Source: Klebsormidium nitens (taxonomy: Eukaryota > Plantae > Klebsormidiophyceae). Taken from it: DNA of 64,000 nt. The position numbers were made by a program, and so were the translations under genes. Below, in pieces: positions 1 through 13,125 of the stretch. Position 1 is the stretch's first letter, and each line of letters begins with the position of its first letter. The notes beneath the pieces are model-generated. The model made no database searches. It was not told the origin of the DNA and was given only the letters and a program-made list of their open reading frames with translations. The stretch spans positions 62,001 to 126,000 of the forward strand of contig DF237031.1 in assembly GCA_000708835.1 (NCBI GenBank), given 5' to 3'.

Positions 1-36
1 TAAAAACGACCCGCCCGTGACCTAACAACTGCGTAC

Positions 37-3000
37 CTTCCCCCCTTGAGCACTTCGTGGAAGCTCCACGTGAAGGCGCCGTTGGGCATCGCTTTGAAGC
101 CGTAGCGGGGGATCCCCTTCCAGCCGCCGTCGATCTCGGTCGACATGAGCTCGAGGAAGACCAGCCGCCGTTGCGTTCGGACAAAGTGACGCATCAGAAC
201 GTCACCAACTATCTGCAAATCAGAAGGGTGAGACAAACGCGTGAGATAGGTGACAAGCGTCCGTGAACTGGACTGACGTGTCTTCACGCGACTAAGTTGG
301 TTGACAAGAGCTCGAGGAGGAATAGGAAGTGACCGCGACGCCTTCAGAAAGAGATGGCACGACGAACTGAAGCGTGCAAACTAAACAGGTTCTACGATTT
401 AAGGGCTTGCTTAATTCGTCGATCGCGTCAACCGTGGATTGAAGGTGGGTAATGGTCCGCTACAGGTCTTCTACAAGTCAAGCCCGAAGGGTGGCTGAGA
501 ATCCCATTCGCAAGCTTGCTTTTAGATGGAACCAATCATGGTGAGAAAAGTTGACTTGAGACACACCTTTTAGATGGAACCAATCATGGTGAGAAAAGTT
601 GCCTTGAGACACACCCTTTAGATGGAACCAATCATGGTGAAAAAATTTGCCTGGAGACACACCGACGCAAATTCACGGCCGCTACCGCAACCAATAGCTC
701 GCTTCTTGTTGATGGAGTGAAGGCCTGTCTTTGCACTCCTCTCTCTGTGAAGTTCGGCGTCCCTCAATACGCACTCAAACACAGCTTCAACTTACCATAA
801 GATTGTAAGGACGCCTCAAACAGCCAGGGGCTTATAGACCTCGACTTCTTTGCAACGCTCAGCACACACCACTCGTTAGTGTCAACAAAGAAGGCTAGGG
901 GGCAAGAGGAAGGCTTGACACTCACCATGATCACCGCGAGAAGACCAATCACGATCAGCGGGACCGGCGTCTTGTACGCCGACTTTAGATCGCTCAGGTC
1001 CGCAAAACTCAGCACGTACACGTCCGGCGGTGTGAATACGCCCGCGAAGTCCGTGAGATGAGTGCACGCGCAGTGGAGAGTCGCGTCGAATACGCAGCCT
1101 GGGCCTTGGAACCCTTGGGTGGTTTCGTTGAAGAAACACGCCTGGGTTGGTTCGGTGAGAGTGCACGGGAAGTCCGGCGAGACTGGGGTGAAGCGGCGGA
1201 ATCCGTTTCCGTTGGAGTCGACGAGGAGGAACTTGGATTCCTGGCAGTTGGTGCCGGTCAGGTCGATGGACCATAGGTCTTCGATCCTCTGCGAGAAAGT
1301 GCGGACAATCGATGTAAGGGGGTTGGAAACGGGTGTCTAATCAGTACGCACGGCTTGCAAATCCTTTTCAACTAGGTGATTGAGCGACCGGCCTTTCGAG
1401 AATCAACAAAGACAAAATCAGCTAATCAAGTCTGCTCCTATGATATGGTAGTGAGCAGACGTGTTTTGTATCCTCTTATTTTGACAAGATTTAAGTGACT
1501 CAAAGATTGAAGTCTTCGTAGATGAGTATGACGATGGGCAAAAAGAGGACTCCAGAGAATGGTAAAGATGAGGCGCCTTAGAGCAATCAACTACTTGGAA
1601 GGATTCAACAGTAGTTACGAACCGTCACAAGGGCACGTGAAAATTAGCACCACGGTCTGAAAGCGCAAATTAGGAGCGGAGTGACAAAGTCAAGGTTTTG
1701 TTTTCCCCTATTATTAAGCCTTTCTACAAGAGCTTTCAGATTACGTGGGAGAGCTTCTATGAAGTTGCTTGAAAGGACCTTAGATTTTTCACTTTTTCTC
1801 AAAAGGCCTCACCTGAGCTCCCTTCAGCGCTACGCCGTTGTTCTTCCAACTCGAGCTCCGCCCCGGGGGGCTTGGATTAGGCAGCGCCACGCACCCCTGC
1901 TTGGCGTAGCTCGGCGAGGGTGTGTTCGCACTGGTTTCATTGAAGTATTCACACCGCGCGCTGCTCCCCAGACCGCCCCTCGTACTCACACTGCTGACGT
2001 CGAGCGGCATGTTGAAGGTTACAACACCCTTGATCTGAACCGCGCTGCCGTCGGGTTTGGTTAACACTAACCCTGATACCCCAGTGCTGAGCAGCGTCTC
2101 CCCGGTCTGGTACGGGTCTCCGGCGAACACTAGCACCTGCGAATCTACTTGCGTGTCGCCCGGAAGAGCTCCGGAGGGCACGGTGAACGTCGCGCTTGTG
2201 AGTGCGCTTGAGCAGTCGGACCCGGGAGCTCCTGCCGCAAGATCCAAATCCGCTGTTCCGTCCGACCTGCGAACGGACATCGCGATTCCGGCGGAAGCCA
2301 CGCAGATGGGGGCCTCCCCGGGGTTCACTCCCGCCAGCAGCGCCTCCGCGGCCTGCGACGTAACGCCCCTTATCTGCAGCCCCTGGGCGGCGTTACTCCC
2401 GCTGACCTGCCTCAAACTGCTCAGCGTGTCGAAGACCGGCTGCACCGCTGCGGAGTTCAACGTCACCCCCGCCGCGACCACCGCCGTCAGCGATGACGTC
2501 AGCGCATCTAGTGCGACCCTCTGCGACGCGGTCGTGATCTGAGACGGAATCGCAACGATGCTCGAAAGCGTTCCGGCCACCGAGACGAGGCTCGAAACGA
2601 GAGCGCTCTTGCTAGCGCTTTTCAGACTGCTACTGATCGTGCTGACCGCCTGGAGCATCTTGAACCGGGAGGAACTAGAGGCGGCGGCATCCGTTCCAGA
2701 ACCGGAACCGGAACCGGAACCGGAGTTTCCGTTCAGCAGCGTGCTCAGCCCGTTGATGTAGACCAGTGCCGTTGACGTATTCCCGGCGGAAACGGCGGTG
2801 TCCACGGAGCTGAGGATGTCATTAGACGCCGCCGTGACGTTTATGTTTGCAGAGGACGCCCACTGTGACGTCACCGCCAAGCTGGCGCTCCCGACGAGCC
2901 CCAGCGAATCCATGACTGACACGTGGACCGTCACTTGGTAGTTCCCGGCCGTCAGCCCCGAAGGGAGGATGCTGACGACAGTTGCGCTGGGCTGGAATGA

Positions 3001-5349
3001 CGTCAGCTGGATGGCAGGCGCGGTGCCGCGCGCGAGTGAGTACCCGAACTGATACTGGAGGGGACCTGCAGGAAAGTCGTGAATTGCTGAGTCAGCAGTT
3101 AAAACCCTATCTGTAAGATAGATCAACGGCATCTCATTGCTAAAAACGAAAGGCAGCAACAATGGGTGAATCCAGCACTTGGGTTCCTGAACTAGCCTTG
3201 CATTCAAACGAAGTGCGAGGAAGATCCTAATCGATCGCGGCTTTTGTGTTGAAGCGCGCGGATCTAACGTGCCGAGCTTTAGAGCCCCTTTCCTCTGAAC
3301 AATCATCGAACCGAGTTTTGGGTCGAGAAGATAGCAGTTCCATGTGACGTTCTGTTCAATCTGTCGAGAAGTATCGCCCGGCCTTTTGAACTTGGGCAAG
3401 CAAAACGACTGGAACATAGTTGGAAAAAAGAGAACAGACGTGAAGCGCTTTTTTTCGCCGAGTAAGAAAGCGGCTCTGGCACGCAGTCTGTTACCCGAAT
3501 GCGATCAATACGCTGAACAGCGTCCGGAAAACGTGACCCTTACCTGCGCCATCGGTCCATTGGTTTGCTGCGCTGATCGTGAAAGCTGTGGAAAGGGGAG
3601 TGCCGCTCGAAGGGCTGACTCTAAGGCCAGGGAGCGTTGTGGGACGGGGGGGCTGGCTCACACTGACTGTGAGGTTCGCGGAAGTGCTCCTGGAAAACGA
3701 AACTTGTAGTGATTCGGATTGTTGCTTCTTCAGAGTCCAGATTTTGATAGGAGGTTCGATCCCAACAGTGCCTCAGCCCACGACGTCGTGAAGCCGGAGA
3801 AAGCGTACTGCGAGGAAAGCGAGGACGCCTTGGCCGAAAATGCATTCGAATCACAAAGTCTCCAGAGCAACGACTACACGAATGACGGAGGCCCGATTTC
3901 GCTGAGGACAGAGTTTTTCGACTCATTCGCCTTCGTTTGGAACTTCGTTGTTGCGGTGATGAACAACCAGCAAAGAGGACAAGCCCTCAGCTGTTTTCCC
4001 GGCATAGCAAAGAGTCTAATCCTCGAACCCCAACCGCATTGAGAATCGAAAATATCGTCACAAACGGCACGGTCAAGGCGAACCTCACCCTCCAGGATCC
4101 GTGACAGTGAAAATGAGGAGGTACTTCTGGCCCGGCGTCAGCACATCTGGCTTGATGACCAGAAAACTCTGGTTGCCGCCCGTGCTCGTCACGGCGGAGC
4201 TGCTGAGATTGACTTGCACGGAATCTGTCGGAGCCTGGGACCAGCGGAACCGGAGGTCCTTCGCCGTGGTAAGAGACGAGACGGAATAGAGGCCCTGTAG
4301 GAAGAAAGAAAGGGACGCTAAGGACACGAAAAAGTGTGTGCGATGGATCTCAACAGGGCCTCAGACCGGCGGGATTGCAGGTTAATCGCCGGATGACAAA
4401 ATTCGATGGGAAAGCTTCGGAGAAGCAGAAGGTCAGGTTGAGACGTGGGTTCGTCACTTAAGGGAGGTGCTTAAAACAACCGAGGAGAGGATCTAGTTCT
4501 TCAACAGGCAAATCAGGGCAACCACCTTGCAGAGTTTTAGTAATTCGTAGAGCGTCAGAGCTGACAGCTGACACAGTCGGGCTTCATCGAGTCAACTAGA
4601 GACGCGAATACTGGACACAGTCAAGCACCATGTGACTTGGAAACCCGAGTCCGTAATCATTGGGATGGGGAAAGGGAGCATAAAGTCGGTGAAAAACAGC
4701 ACACGCGATGATTGCTTGGCCCAAAGCAAATCACGATAAGGAAGTCCAAGCCTTGTTCGCTAAGAGAGATACAGGATCAGTGACAGGAAAGCGTGATCGT
4801 AAGCAGAAATCTTACTTGAAGCATCAGCCTCTGTCCCGGGTTGCAGTTCTCGGCGCTTCCCTCCGTCACGTTGATCGCCACGTTCCACGGGGCAACCCTC
4901 GCCACCGTCACCGTAACGCTCGCACTCCCGGTGCTAGCAGCGTTTCGTTGGTCCGTCACCATAACCGTCAACCGAAACTCGCCGTAGTCCCACGTGGTGT
5001 CGGGTTTCACCTGGAGCTGCGTCCCCCCGTTCGCGAGCGCGACTTGGTTCGAAAACGGACACGTGTCCCCCCAGGTACTGTTTGCACTGCTTACGACGAG
5101 GCATCCCCAGGTGATTTGGTACCTCGAAACCGGACCGGGGTTAATGGCGGCGTTAAGGCTAACCAGCTGGCCCGTGATGTAGCTCGCAGACCCGGTTAAG
5201 GCGACCGTAAAGCCGGGAGCGGGACCGGGAGGGGTTGGGGAAGGGGGAAAGAAAATAGCAGGCGGATTTGGGGTCGGCTGGGCAGCTGAATAGGTCAGGA
5301 GAAGGAGTAGCGCGGAGACTCGGAGAAAGAAAGGCCCCTGAGACGTCAT
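37..5349 (-). CDS. REJ-domain and GPS/GAIN-motif membrane protein (polycystin-1-like); 3' part runs off the window start
   Basis: Phase-consistent GT-AG exons 5349-4816, 4294-4089, 3689-3544, 3065-1813, 1288-926, 212-37. Signal peptide MTSQGPFFLRVSALLLLLTYSAAQ. REJ-like segments (VSPSSGTPLSTAFTISAANQWTDG, PLQYQFGY). GPS motif CFFNETTQGFQGPGC...LHCACTHLTDF followed by a hydrophobic TM segment (PLIVIGLLAVIMIVGDVLM). Confidence 0.85.
518..663. repeat. Intronic minisatellite, 48-bp unit x3
   Basis: Three near-identical copies of ttttagatggaaccaatcatggtgagaaaagttgacttgagacacacc inside intron 925-213 of the REJ/GPS gene. Confidence 0.9.
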
Positions 5350-6023
5350 GACCTGCAACAGAGACACGTCGCGAGACCTCAGAACCTTGCCGGCCAACGG
5401 GTAACCAGAGCATCGCAAACAGACTATCATTGATTGTGGGGTTTGTAATAAGTGCACCGGCCTTTCAAAATAATTTGCATCTAAAACTGAGACGCGAAGT
5501 AAACAATCTTGCTGCGATACGGTGCGCAAGGAAGCTGTTCTTCGAAGCTCTTCCAGCCAGATTCCGGAGCCTAAACACTGAGTTTCGCTGTTCGAAATTT
5601 ACACCGTGACTGACGGATTGAAATAAATTTCGATTGCGCAACTCGCCTTACTTCGGCTTCAGGCCGCACTTCGGGCAGTATGTAGTTCCTCGATGATAAA
5701 TCCAAGGCCCGCACAGCATCTTCTGCGGCAACCGACTCTAGCCTTGATTTCGTTATTCTGATTCTAAATTGAGCAGTGCAACTTTTTGAAATAGTGGCAG
5801 GTTGTTGATGTCGATAACTTCCTCGTCACTTCTCTTGCTATCCTATCGTGCCTACCCCGCCTGATGCGGAAGGTTCTAGTTGTAATCTTCCAGCCCAAAC
5901 CGTGCACGTCTCGTTTCCTGTGACTCCCTCGCGCCTAGCTTCAGCGCCTTGCTTTGACTTTCAATACCTGGCTACCTAAGCTGGGAATCTCTTCTAACCT
6001 ACATCGTTGCTTGTGCAGTTATT

Positions 6024-8136
6024 CTATATGGCCAGTCCATACACCGTGGTTATGCAGTACATGCTCTTGTTCTCCCACTTCACAGTACGGCTCCCTGGAA
6101 CAAAGACAAAATCAAAACGTTTCAAACTTTCAACAAGTCTTTCCTTCAAGCTGGCCAAAACCTTTGTACAGAACACAGTGCTTTAAAGGTGTTTTCATTC
6201 TGCTAGTAAAGGCTGGTCACCTCCATAATTGGCCGGCCCCTTTCAGGCACCATCTGAGACTGCACTACTAGAAGCAAGGAGGCCAATTGCCCCAATCTTG
6301 GGCAGACAAGAACGCTTCACAAGAAGGACACTCCTTTTCCGATCTTGCAACCCAGTCTGTTGCAGAAACAGTCGTTTAGGACCGTGCTGTTGCGCTTAAT
6401 CACGCTTGCAAGTCTGTGGAATCTCAGAGGACTCGTGTGTACTATTGCCTCCAAAAGCTCGAGAGAATAGGTATTCACCGAAACCCTCACACATCTTTAC
6501 AAAGCCCCATATCTTAGTACAGGGTATCTGGTGTGCTGTATGAATGCTTTTCAGCTCACCATCAGTGCTGTTGTCCCAGAAGCACGAGCTGGCAGTGTGC
6601 AGGCCCGCTCCGTTCTTCTGCATGATGATGCAAGTCACTGCAAACGAGCAAAGCTTTAGCTCAGGTTACAGCCTCCGAAGCCTGTTCTCTTTACTACAGT
6701 CTAAATAGGCTGTTGATAAGGTGCTTCTTTGCTGGAGAACAGCTGTGGCTAAAGAGCTTGCCCTCCAAGTTCTGTATCCCCTTTGCCTCCTTTTGTGCCA
6801 CGTTTGGAGATCCTTAGAGGCTGCCCCCTCACAAGAGCACGCGTTCGACATGAGACAGGGGATCCAAGTCAGGGGCTGTTCTCTAGATGTCAAAGGCTAT
6901 TCTCTCTGATTTAGGAACTGGCATTTACACCGGTGTGTTCAGAGCCCCAGCTGTGCTTCTAACAGTGGCGCCTCACCGATGTACTTGAAAGGCTTGTTCA
7001 TGGCAGTCAAGCGCTTCAAGCAGCTCTCCACAACGTTGTTGGTCCACTGGCCAATCTGAAAGGCATGTCGAGGCATCAGTAAAACCATGTCATGCAGAGT
7101 ATCTAAAAGGAAGTTGGAGTTTGCTGCATTGTGCCAACCTTTACGAGCAGCCTGGAATATGCAACTGTCCATTTCACGATTTAACATGCAAATATAAGTA
7201 GAGGAAGGCTTGCTGGGGATTTCCATGTCTCACAAGGGTCAACTAACAACCAAATGCAACCTCCACATGTTCAATGTAGCAGCTGAACATTGCAAGAGAG
7301 GCCAGTCAAGTTTTGCTGCTAATACCAGATAAGTAGATTGATCGAAGTGGTAGTTTTCCCCTTGACTAGGTTCTTCCCTGACATTCCACACGAACATAGG
7401 GCAGACTGGGTACGCTACTCAAGCAGATAGACTTGCCGTTGCCATCAAACACCTGGTCAGAAGAACTACTGCTTAATGCTCTCTGGTTGCGACGGTCACT
7501 CGGGATGATCGACCGCTGTTCAATAGCTCTCCCATGTTTCCACCGAGCTGCGAATTGAGCTGCCACTCAAAAGCCGAGTTTCTTGCCCCTCAGAAAGGGT
7601 GGCAAGCTTCTTCCGCCACCTTCAAATCTTTTGAAGCATATAGCAGTCAACATACAGTAGTCTGTCTTGCCTACGTAGCTAGGAGCCCCATCTTGCTCAC
7701 CTTTGTTTGATTGTAAGCTGCATTCATGAGGGCCCCATCAACAGCTTCTTTGATGATGTTGTTGACGTCATCAGCAACAAAGGCAGCCTGTTTTGAACAA
7801 AATCGTCAATTTGTGGACAACCTTTGCCCGAAAAAGTGTTGCCCTCAATCGAAGCTGATGGGCAGCTGGCAGCGGATGACAGCATATTGCGATGGTGAAT
7901 CTCCTCAATTCTCTTGCTATGTTAACAGTATTTCTACGTTGCCAGCTATGCAAGGGGACATTCTTGCCACCGGCGATTTTCTCCCATGAGGACCAAGTCC
8001 TCGCTCGTTGTTAGACCTGCTGCCCCTACTCATTCTTGGCAAAAGACGAAGCTTCAAGACCAAGGTAGGAAATTCGCTGCAAGTTTTGAGCGGATTGTGG
8101 TCAGCTCACCTCCTCAGATGACTGGAGGTCGTCCAT
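6024..8136 (-). CDS. DYNLT1: Dynein light chain Tctex-type 1
   Basis: Exons 8136-8110, 7787-7701, 7055-6977, 6637-6560, 6094-6024 splice in phase to [113 protein letters not shown], a recognisable Tctex-1 sequence. Confidence 0.96.
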
Positions 8137-8886
8137 GATTGCTCACAGTTCACGTCTTTCCCAGCATCGATTGTTTGCAGCTACAAAATATCGTGTGGTG
8201 TCTCGCAAATGCACCTCTCTTGCTTATTTGGCAGGGATCCGGAAGCTCATCTGCAGCGAAACAACGCCTTCAGCTACAGCTGTTCGCTGTGCTCATATCT
8301 CGAAGAGAAGCGCCAAATGCAAGTTGCGTTTACAGAAGAGCACAGTTGACCGTAGCAGCACAGGTTGCAATGATGCAGGGCAAGGAAGACTAGGAACATG
8401 TGAATGAGCACTTCTCCTCAAACCATTTTGAGCCGTTGTATTTCCTTGCTTTTTCTTATCCAACGGTGTCATAATTGCGAAATTAGGGTTCCGCCAGTGG
8501 CCCCCACTGTGTTTGGCCCCACATTGCGATCAGAGAATGCAGCTCTAGATGCGTTGATTTGCTATCTGATGATGAAGTTGAAAGTTTGTGCTCCTGCTTC
8601 AATCCAAGGAAGGGCGCCTCAAAGCGTAGAGGATTGTTTCAAATGTTCGTCTCTGCATCCATATAGATAAGAACTTCGCGTTCTTATTTAGCTGTTTGGG
8701 GCCCAAGATTTACGTTCTTAGCTGTCTGGTGCTTAAATTCCAAGCTGCCCAATTGTCGATTCAGCATGGCATATTGACTAAGCTAGTGGTTGTTGAATCC
8801 AGAAACCTGGAGCAGGCTCTTCTGCAAGTAAGAGAGAGCCCCAGCATCCTTTTCAAATTACCTCCTGCTCGTGACTCCTCACACAC
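8137..8886. promoter_or_regulatory. Probable shared/bidirectional promoter region between divergent Tctex1 and bestrophin-like genes
   Basis: Head-to-head start codons at 8136 (-) and 8887 (+), 750 bp apart; inferred from gene geometry only. Confidence 0.4.
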
Positions 8887-11800
8887 ATGGCGGAAACCTC
8901 TGCCCTTGCCGCTGGAAAAGCCTCTCACATTTCAAGCACAGCCAGCGCGCGGCGCAATGCACTTGAGCCTGCTTCCAGAAGCTTTTGCTTTTGCCTGCAA
9001 TCAAGGTCTTTGGATAGGATAAGGCGACGGAATGGAAAGCATTGGGAGCTTGCTTCCAGCTATTCTGAGCAATTGCCTCATCTGAGGACGAAAGGGTCCT
9101 CCGAAGGAAGGAGCCAAGCGAGGGTACTGAGCTGTCGAGCTGGTCCTCCAAGGGTGAGTCTGTTAAATGAGAAATGCACCTGACACTTCATCAACCAACA
9201 CTGGATACTGAAGAGAGAATGGGAAGAGTTCTCCCGCCGGACTTGGAAAGCTAGCAGGATTGCGCCTTGGTCAAAAGCTAATGCACATGGACTTGGTCTG
9301 CTTTTTAAGCTAAGGGCCATTGGATGTCAACTGAAAGCCAGATGTAAAGAGCCACCTCAGTTGGATGAAGCTAGTGTTGCTACAAAACTTGAATTGGGAA
9401 GACTCAATGTGGCGGCACAAGTTGGACAGCACGAAAGGCTACTTTTGCGGCCACGTCATTTGAGTATTTTTCTGCTTAGAAACACCTGACAGTGCACAAT
9501 GCTTTATACTGATTTAAAGGGCTGCTAGCAGCAAGAACAAGTACAAACCGCCTCGTGCACTCAATCGCTAAAAATGCATCTATCCGCAAGTGTGGCAGTC
9601 ACGCAGAAAAGTAGTCGCTTCCTAATAGTCGCCAGCTTGATTGACTAGCAATCTTGCGGTGTAAAAATCTCGACAGAACAGTTTAAGAACATTCAACTGA
9701 ATGCTTGAAGCCCAGCAGAGCGAACAGGCTGTGACTGTGAGAAGGTCTAGCAACACTGGCTTAAGCAGGCCATCACCTGTAAGCTGTGGTGGTACAATCC
9801 ATACGACTTTTCCAAACCTGAATTAGTGAGATATCCTTGAGTCGGGCAGGATCCGGTCGGAGGACCGATTCACAAAGTTCACAAAATCCCACCGGAAAGC
9901 CTTCTGAGAGTTTTCTATTCCACCCATGTTTCCTCCTTCAAAGGAGTTCAACTATAAGATTATGACTCGTGATGATTACGAGCACCAACTGTATGGAACC
10001 TGACCATAGATGTGAGCAAGCTCTTGCGATGGGGACAAATGTCTGTCGAAAAGTTGCATCAAAACAGTGTGGATTTGACTTGCGCTTCCTTGCCCTCTCA
10101 TTTTGCAATTCAATGAACAAGGCTAGGACGAAACCGCAAAATAAGAACCATTTTGCTCCCAGACTGACAGGCCCCCCTTGTACTTTCCTCTTCTGACACC
10201 TCTATCTTCCGGCCAGGGAGATAACCGTATCGCTGACCAAGAACATCCCCGGCAGGGACAGAAAAGTTTCGTAGACTGAAGCATTCCTTTTAAAGCGTGA
10301 CATCCTCCCTCTGACGGTCTATTTACACACCTCCCCCCCCTTTCTCCCCTCAGGGCAAGAACAGCTTCGCCAATCAGGAGCACCCCCGCCAAGGCGAGGT
10401 CTACAAAGAGGCCGAATGGCTCGTCCTTGTCCCGTACGGCCCCCCCTGCCATCTACTGTAAATATATGACTCACCTACCAGCACCCCTCGTGTTCAACAG
10501 ACGACACTCTGCTGACAAACCCCCTTTCTTTTTCCAGGCAAAAAACAGCATCGCAAATCAGGAGCACCCCCGCCAGGGCGAGATCTACCAGGAGACCGCA
10601 TGGCTCGTCCCCCCCTACGACACCGACGACTCCCCGCCCCTGCCAGTTTTCCCGATGCTGTCAGCAACGGGGATTTCGCTCTCAGTCTGCTTGTACGAGT
10701 TTCTGAGGCAGCATTACTGGCTGCCGATCGGTGCGCCCTCGCTGCTGCTCCCCAACGATGCGCACATCTTTGTGGGGACGCCGCTGGGCTTTCTCTTGGC
10801 GCTGCGCCTGAACAACGCTTACGAAAGGTGAGACATTTAAAGATTCTTCCGAGTGAATTCCGAGAGCAGCAACTAAGGACGTTAGATGTCTTTCAGTCCC
10901 TGCTTCCCTCACACCCTTGACGTGCACATGAGTAATGAAGAACGCTGCTATTCTTTGACGACTCTCGAGCTGGCTGGTTACCTTGCCAAGAAGACGGCCT
11001 GCTAACAGAACATTCAGTCGATTGACATATTCAAGAACATGTTCCTTTCGAGTGAATTCAGCGCCAGAACTGCTTTGACAGACTACCAACGGCATCGGCT
11101 TGTCTGTTGTCAACCTTCTCCCTTCATTGTCCGTACGAGCTGCCTATTCTGCCTGTACTACTTAGAGAATATATTCTACTGGCTGACGAAGGGTCCTGCT
11201 CAAGAACTTCGCTCGTAACCTGTTTGCCTCAGTCGAATCGGGGGCCGGAACTGCGTCGATCAATCCACCACCTCGCCACCAATATTTCTATTTCCGCTGC
11301 AGAAATCATTCCTCTCACTTCCTGGACAGCCATTTGGAAAACTTCCGAACTGATCAAAAGTGGCTTTCCACACTGATTACAAGTGGCTTACAGATTCGCC
11401 AGCTTCTTAGCCTAGTACCTGACCTGGATTGTTATCCTTTGCATTCTCCGGAACTGCTTTGGTTAAGTCTCCCACCAGCATCCCGACCCCTCTGCAAACG
11501 GTGTTTCTTCTAAAGCGGGTTTTTGGTTAGGATTGGCCCCAAAGCGACTAAACAACAGGCTAACGAGTAACCCTCTTCCTAACCTGCTTTTTCTCAGGTG
11601 GATCCAGGGCCGGAACTGCTTCGACCAGATCACCACCAGCATCCGCATCTCCGCTGCCACCCTAACCCTCCCCCTCGTCGAAACGGAGCGCGAGGAGCTC
11701 TCCCAACTGCTCAACACTCTGAAGGCGTTTGCGCTCGCGGCTCGGGACTACATCCGGCGGGACAACGTGGATTCCGGAGCGGATTCCGCCCCACGGATGG

Positions 11801-13125
11801 CCCGAAACATCGGGGCGCGGGAGGGGGTCATGGACGACGCGTCCTCGCTGCTTGACCCGTCGGAGAAGGAGATTGTGGAGGCGGCACGGAGCCCACCGAT
11901 TGCAATAATCAACGGGCTCAGATTGCGGGTGAGATTTCAAGTGCTTTTGGATTGATTCCTGTCGTTTGTTAGCCGATGTTTTCCGCTGTGCTTTATGGCC
12001 CCATGCTTTGAGCACGCTTCGTAGGTGACGAGCCCTTCTCCAGGGCGAGTTACTTGTGAGGGGGGCGGAGCGAAGGCCGTCTTTTGAAGTGACCAACGGC
12101 CGGAGGCTTGTTTCTGTCGTATCTCTGAGCTCGATAAGATTTTGCAACAAGGAACCTTGTGGAATGTTGAACGGTAAAGAATGGAGTCGGGCACGGCAGG
12201 CGATCATCAGGGATCCCTGTCGAAGCAGCCATCGTAGGTCTTCTTTCTTGACGGCAGACGTTTCTGACTACTCCTGAGATCCGTGTTGAAGACACAGACT
12301 TTTTACTTGCTGCTGGAAGAATGACGAGGGGGAGCGGTTCAGCTGCAAAAGTCGGTCCCTAGGGGCGCCCGAAAGCAAGCGATGTATGCCACATTTGTGC
12401 ACGAAAGTCCTGCAAGCAGTGCCTTATGAATTGTCATCTCTCCCGAAAAGGGAAGACACAGCTTGTCTTTTTTCGCCTGGTCTTCTTCACTTTGCTTCAA
12501 TCACTTGAACTGAGGAAAGGAACGCGTTTCCGTTTCCTTCTCTCCCCCTCTCTGCCCTTGTAAGTACCTCGTGATATTTTGCTGTCGGCCTGACTGCATT
12601 TATGATTCGTCACACCTGGATCAGTACACAGGAAGTTGCGCATTGGCAGTTAGAATTAGGGTCCGTTTGCGGCGCTCCACTCATCCGGACTGCTCAGTTG
12701 CTTCGCAGATACGGGACCTCGTGGCAGAGGGGAAAATTGCGGGGTCCGACGAAGGACGCGTCAACGAGCAACTGAATGTCCTTGTTACGGCTGTCACGAG
12801 CTGCGAGCGGCTACTCACGACACGGATGCCGTCAGCGTTCATCATGCAGTTGCGCACGCTTCTATTGTTATGGCTATGCACGCTGCCCTTTGTGTTAGTG
12901 CGGGCTTTAGGGCCCGAAATTGCCATTTTTGCTCACTTTGCGGTAACGTGGGGGCTCTTGGGCATAGAAGCTGCGGCACAGACGTGCGAGCAGCCATTCG
13001 GTTACGAATACAATGATCTGCCACTCAATCGCTTGTGTGACGAGTTGTGTAGGGACATCGACTCCAGCGCTAAGTCTGCGCAAATGAGAGCGAATGCACG
13101 CTTGAAAGAGGTGGGGAACTCTTGA
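8887..13125 (+). CDS. Bestrophin-like (UPF0187 / VCCN-type) anion channel, probably plastid-targeted
   Basis: Exons 8887-9153 (Ser/Ala/Arg-rich, transit-peptide-like), 10538-10827, 11598-11928, 12709-13125, all phase-consistent. Family motifs LGFLLALRLNNAYERWIQGR, CERLLTTRMPSAF and LLGIEAAAQTCEQPFGYEYNDLPL. Confidence 0.85.
10200..10625 (+). repeat. Tandem triplication of the exon-2 acceptor and exon start of the bestrophin-like gene
   Basis: cag|GGAGATAACCGTATCGCTGACCAAGAACATCCCCGGCAGGGA (10217), cag|GGCAAGAACAGCTTCGCCAATCAGGAGCACCCCCGCCAAGGC (10354) and functional cag|GCAAAAAACAGCATCGCAAATCAGGAGCACCCCCGCCAGGGC (10538). Confidence 0.85.
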
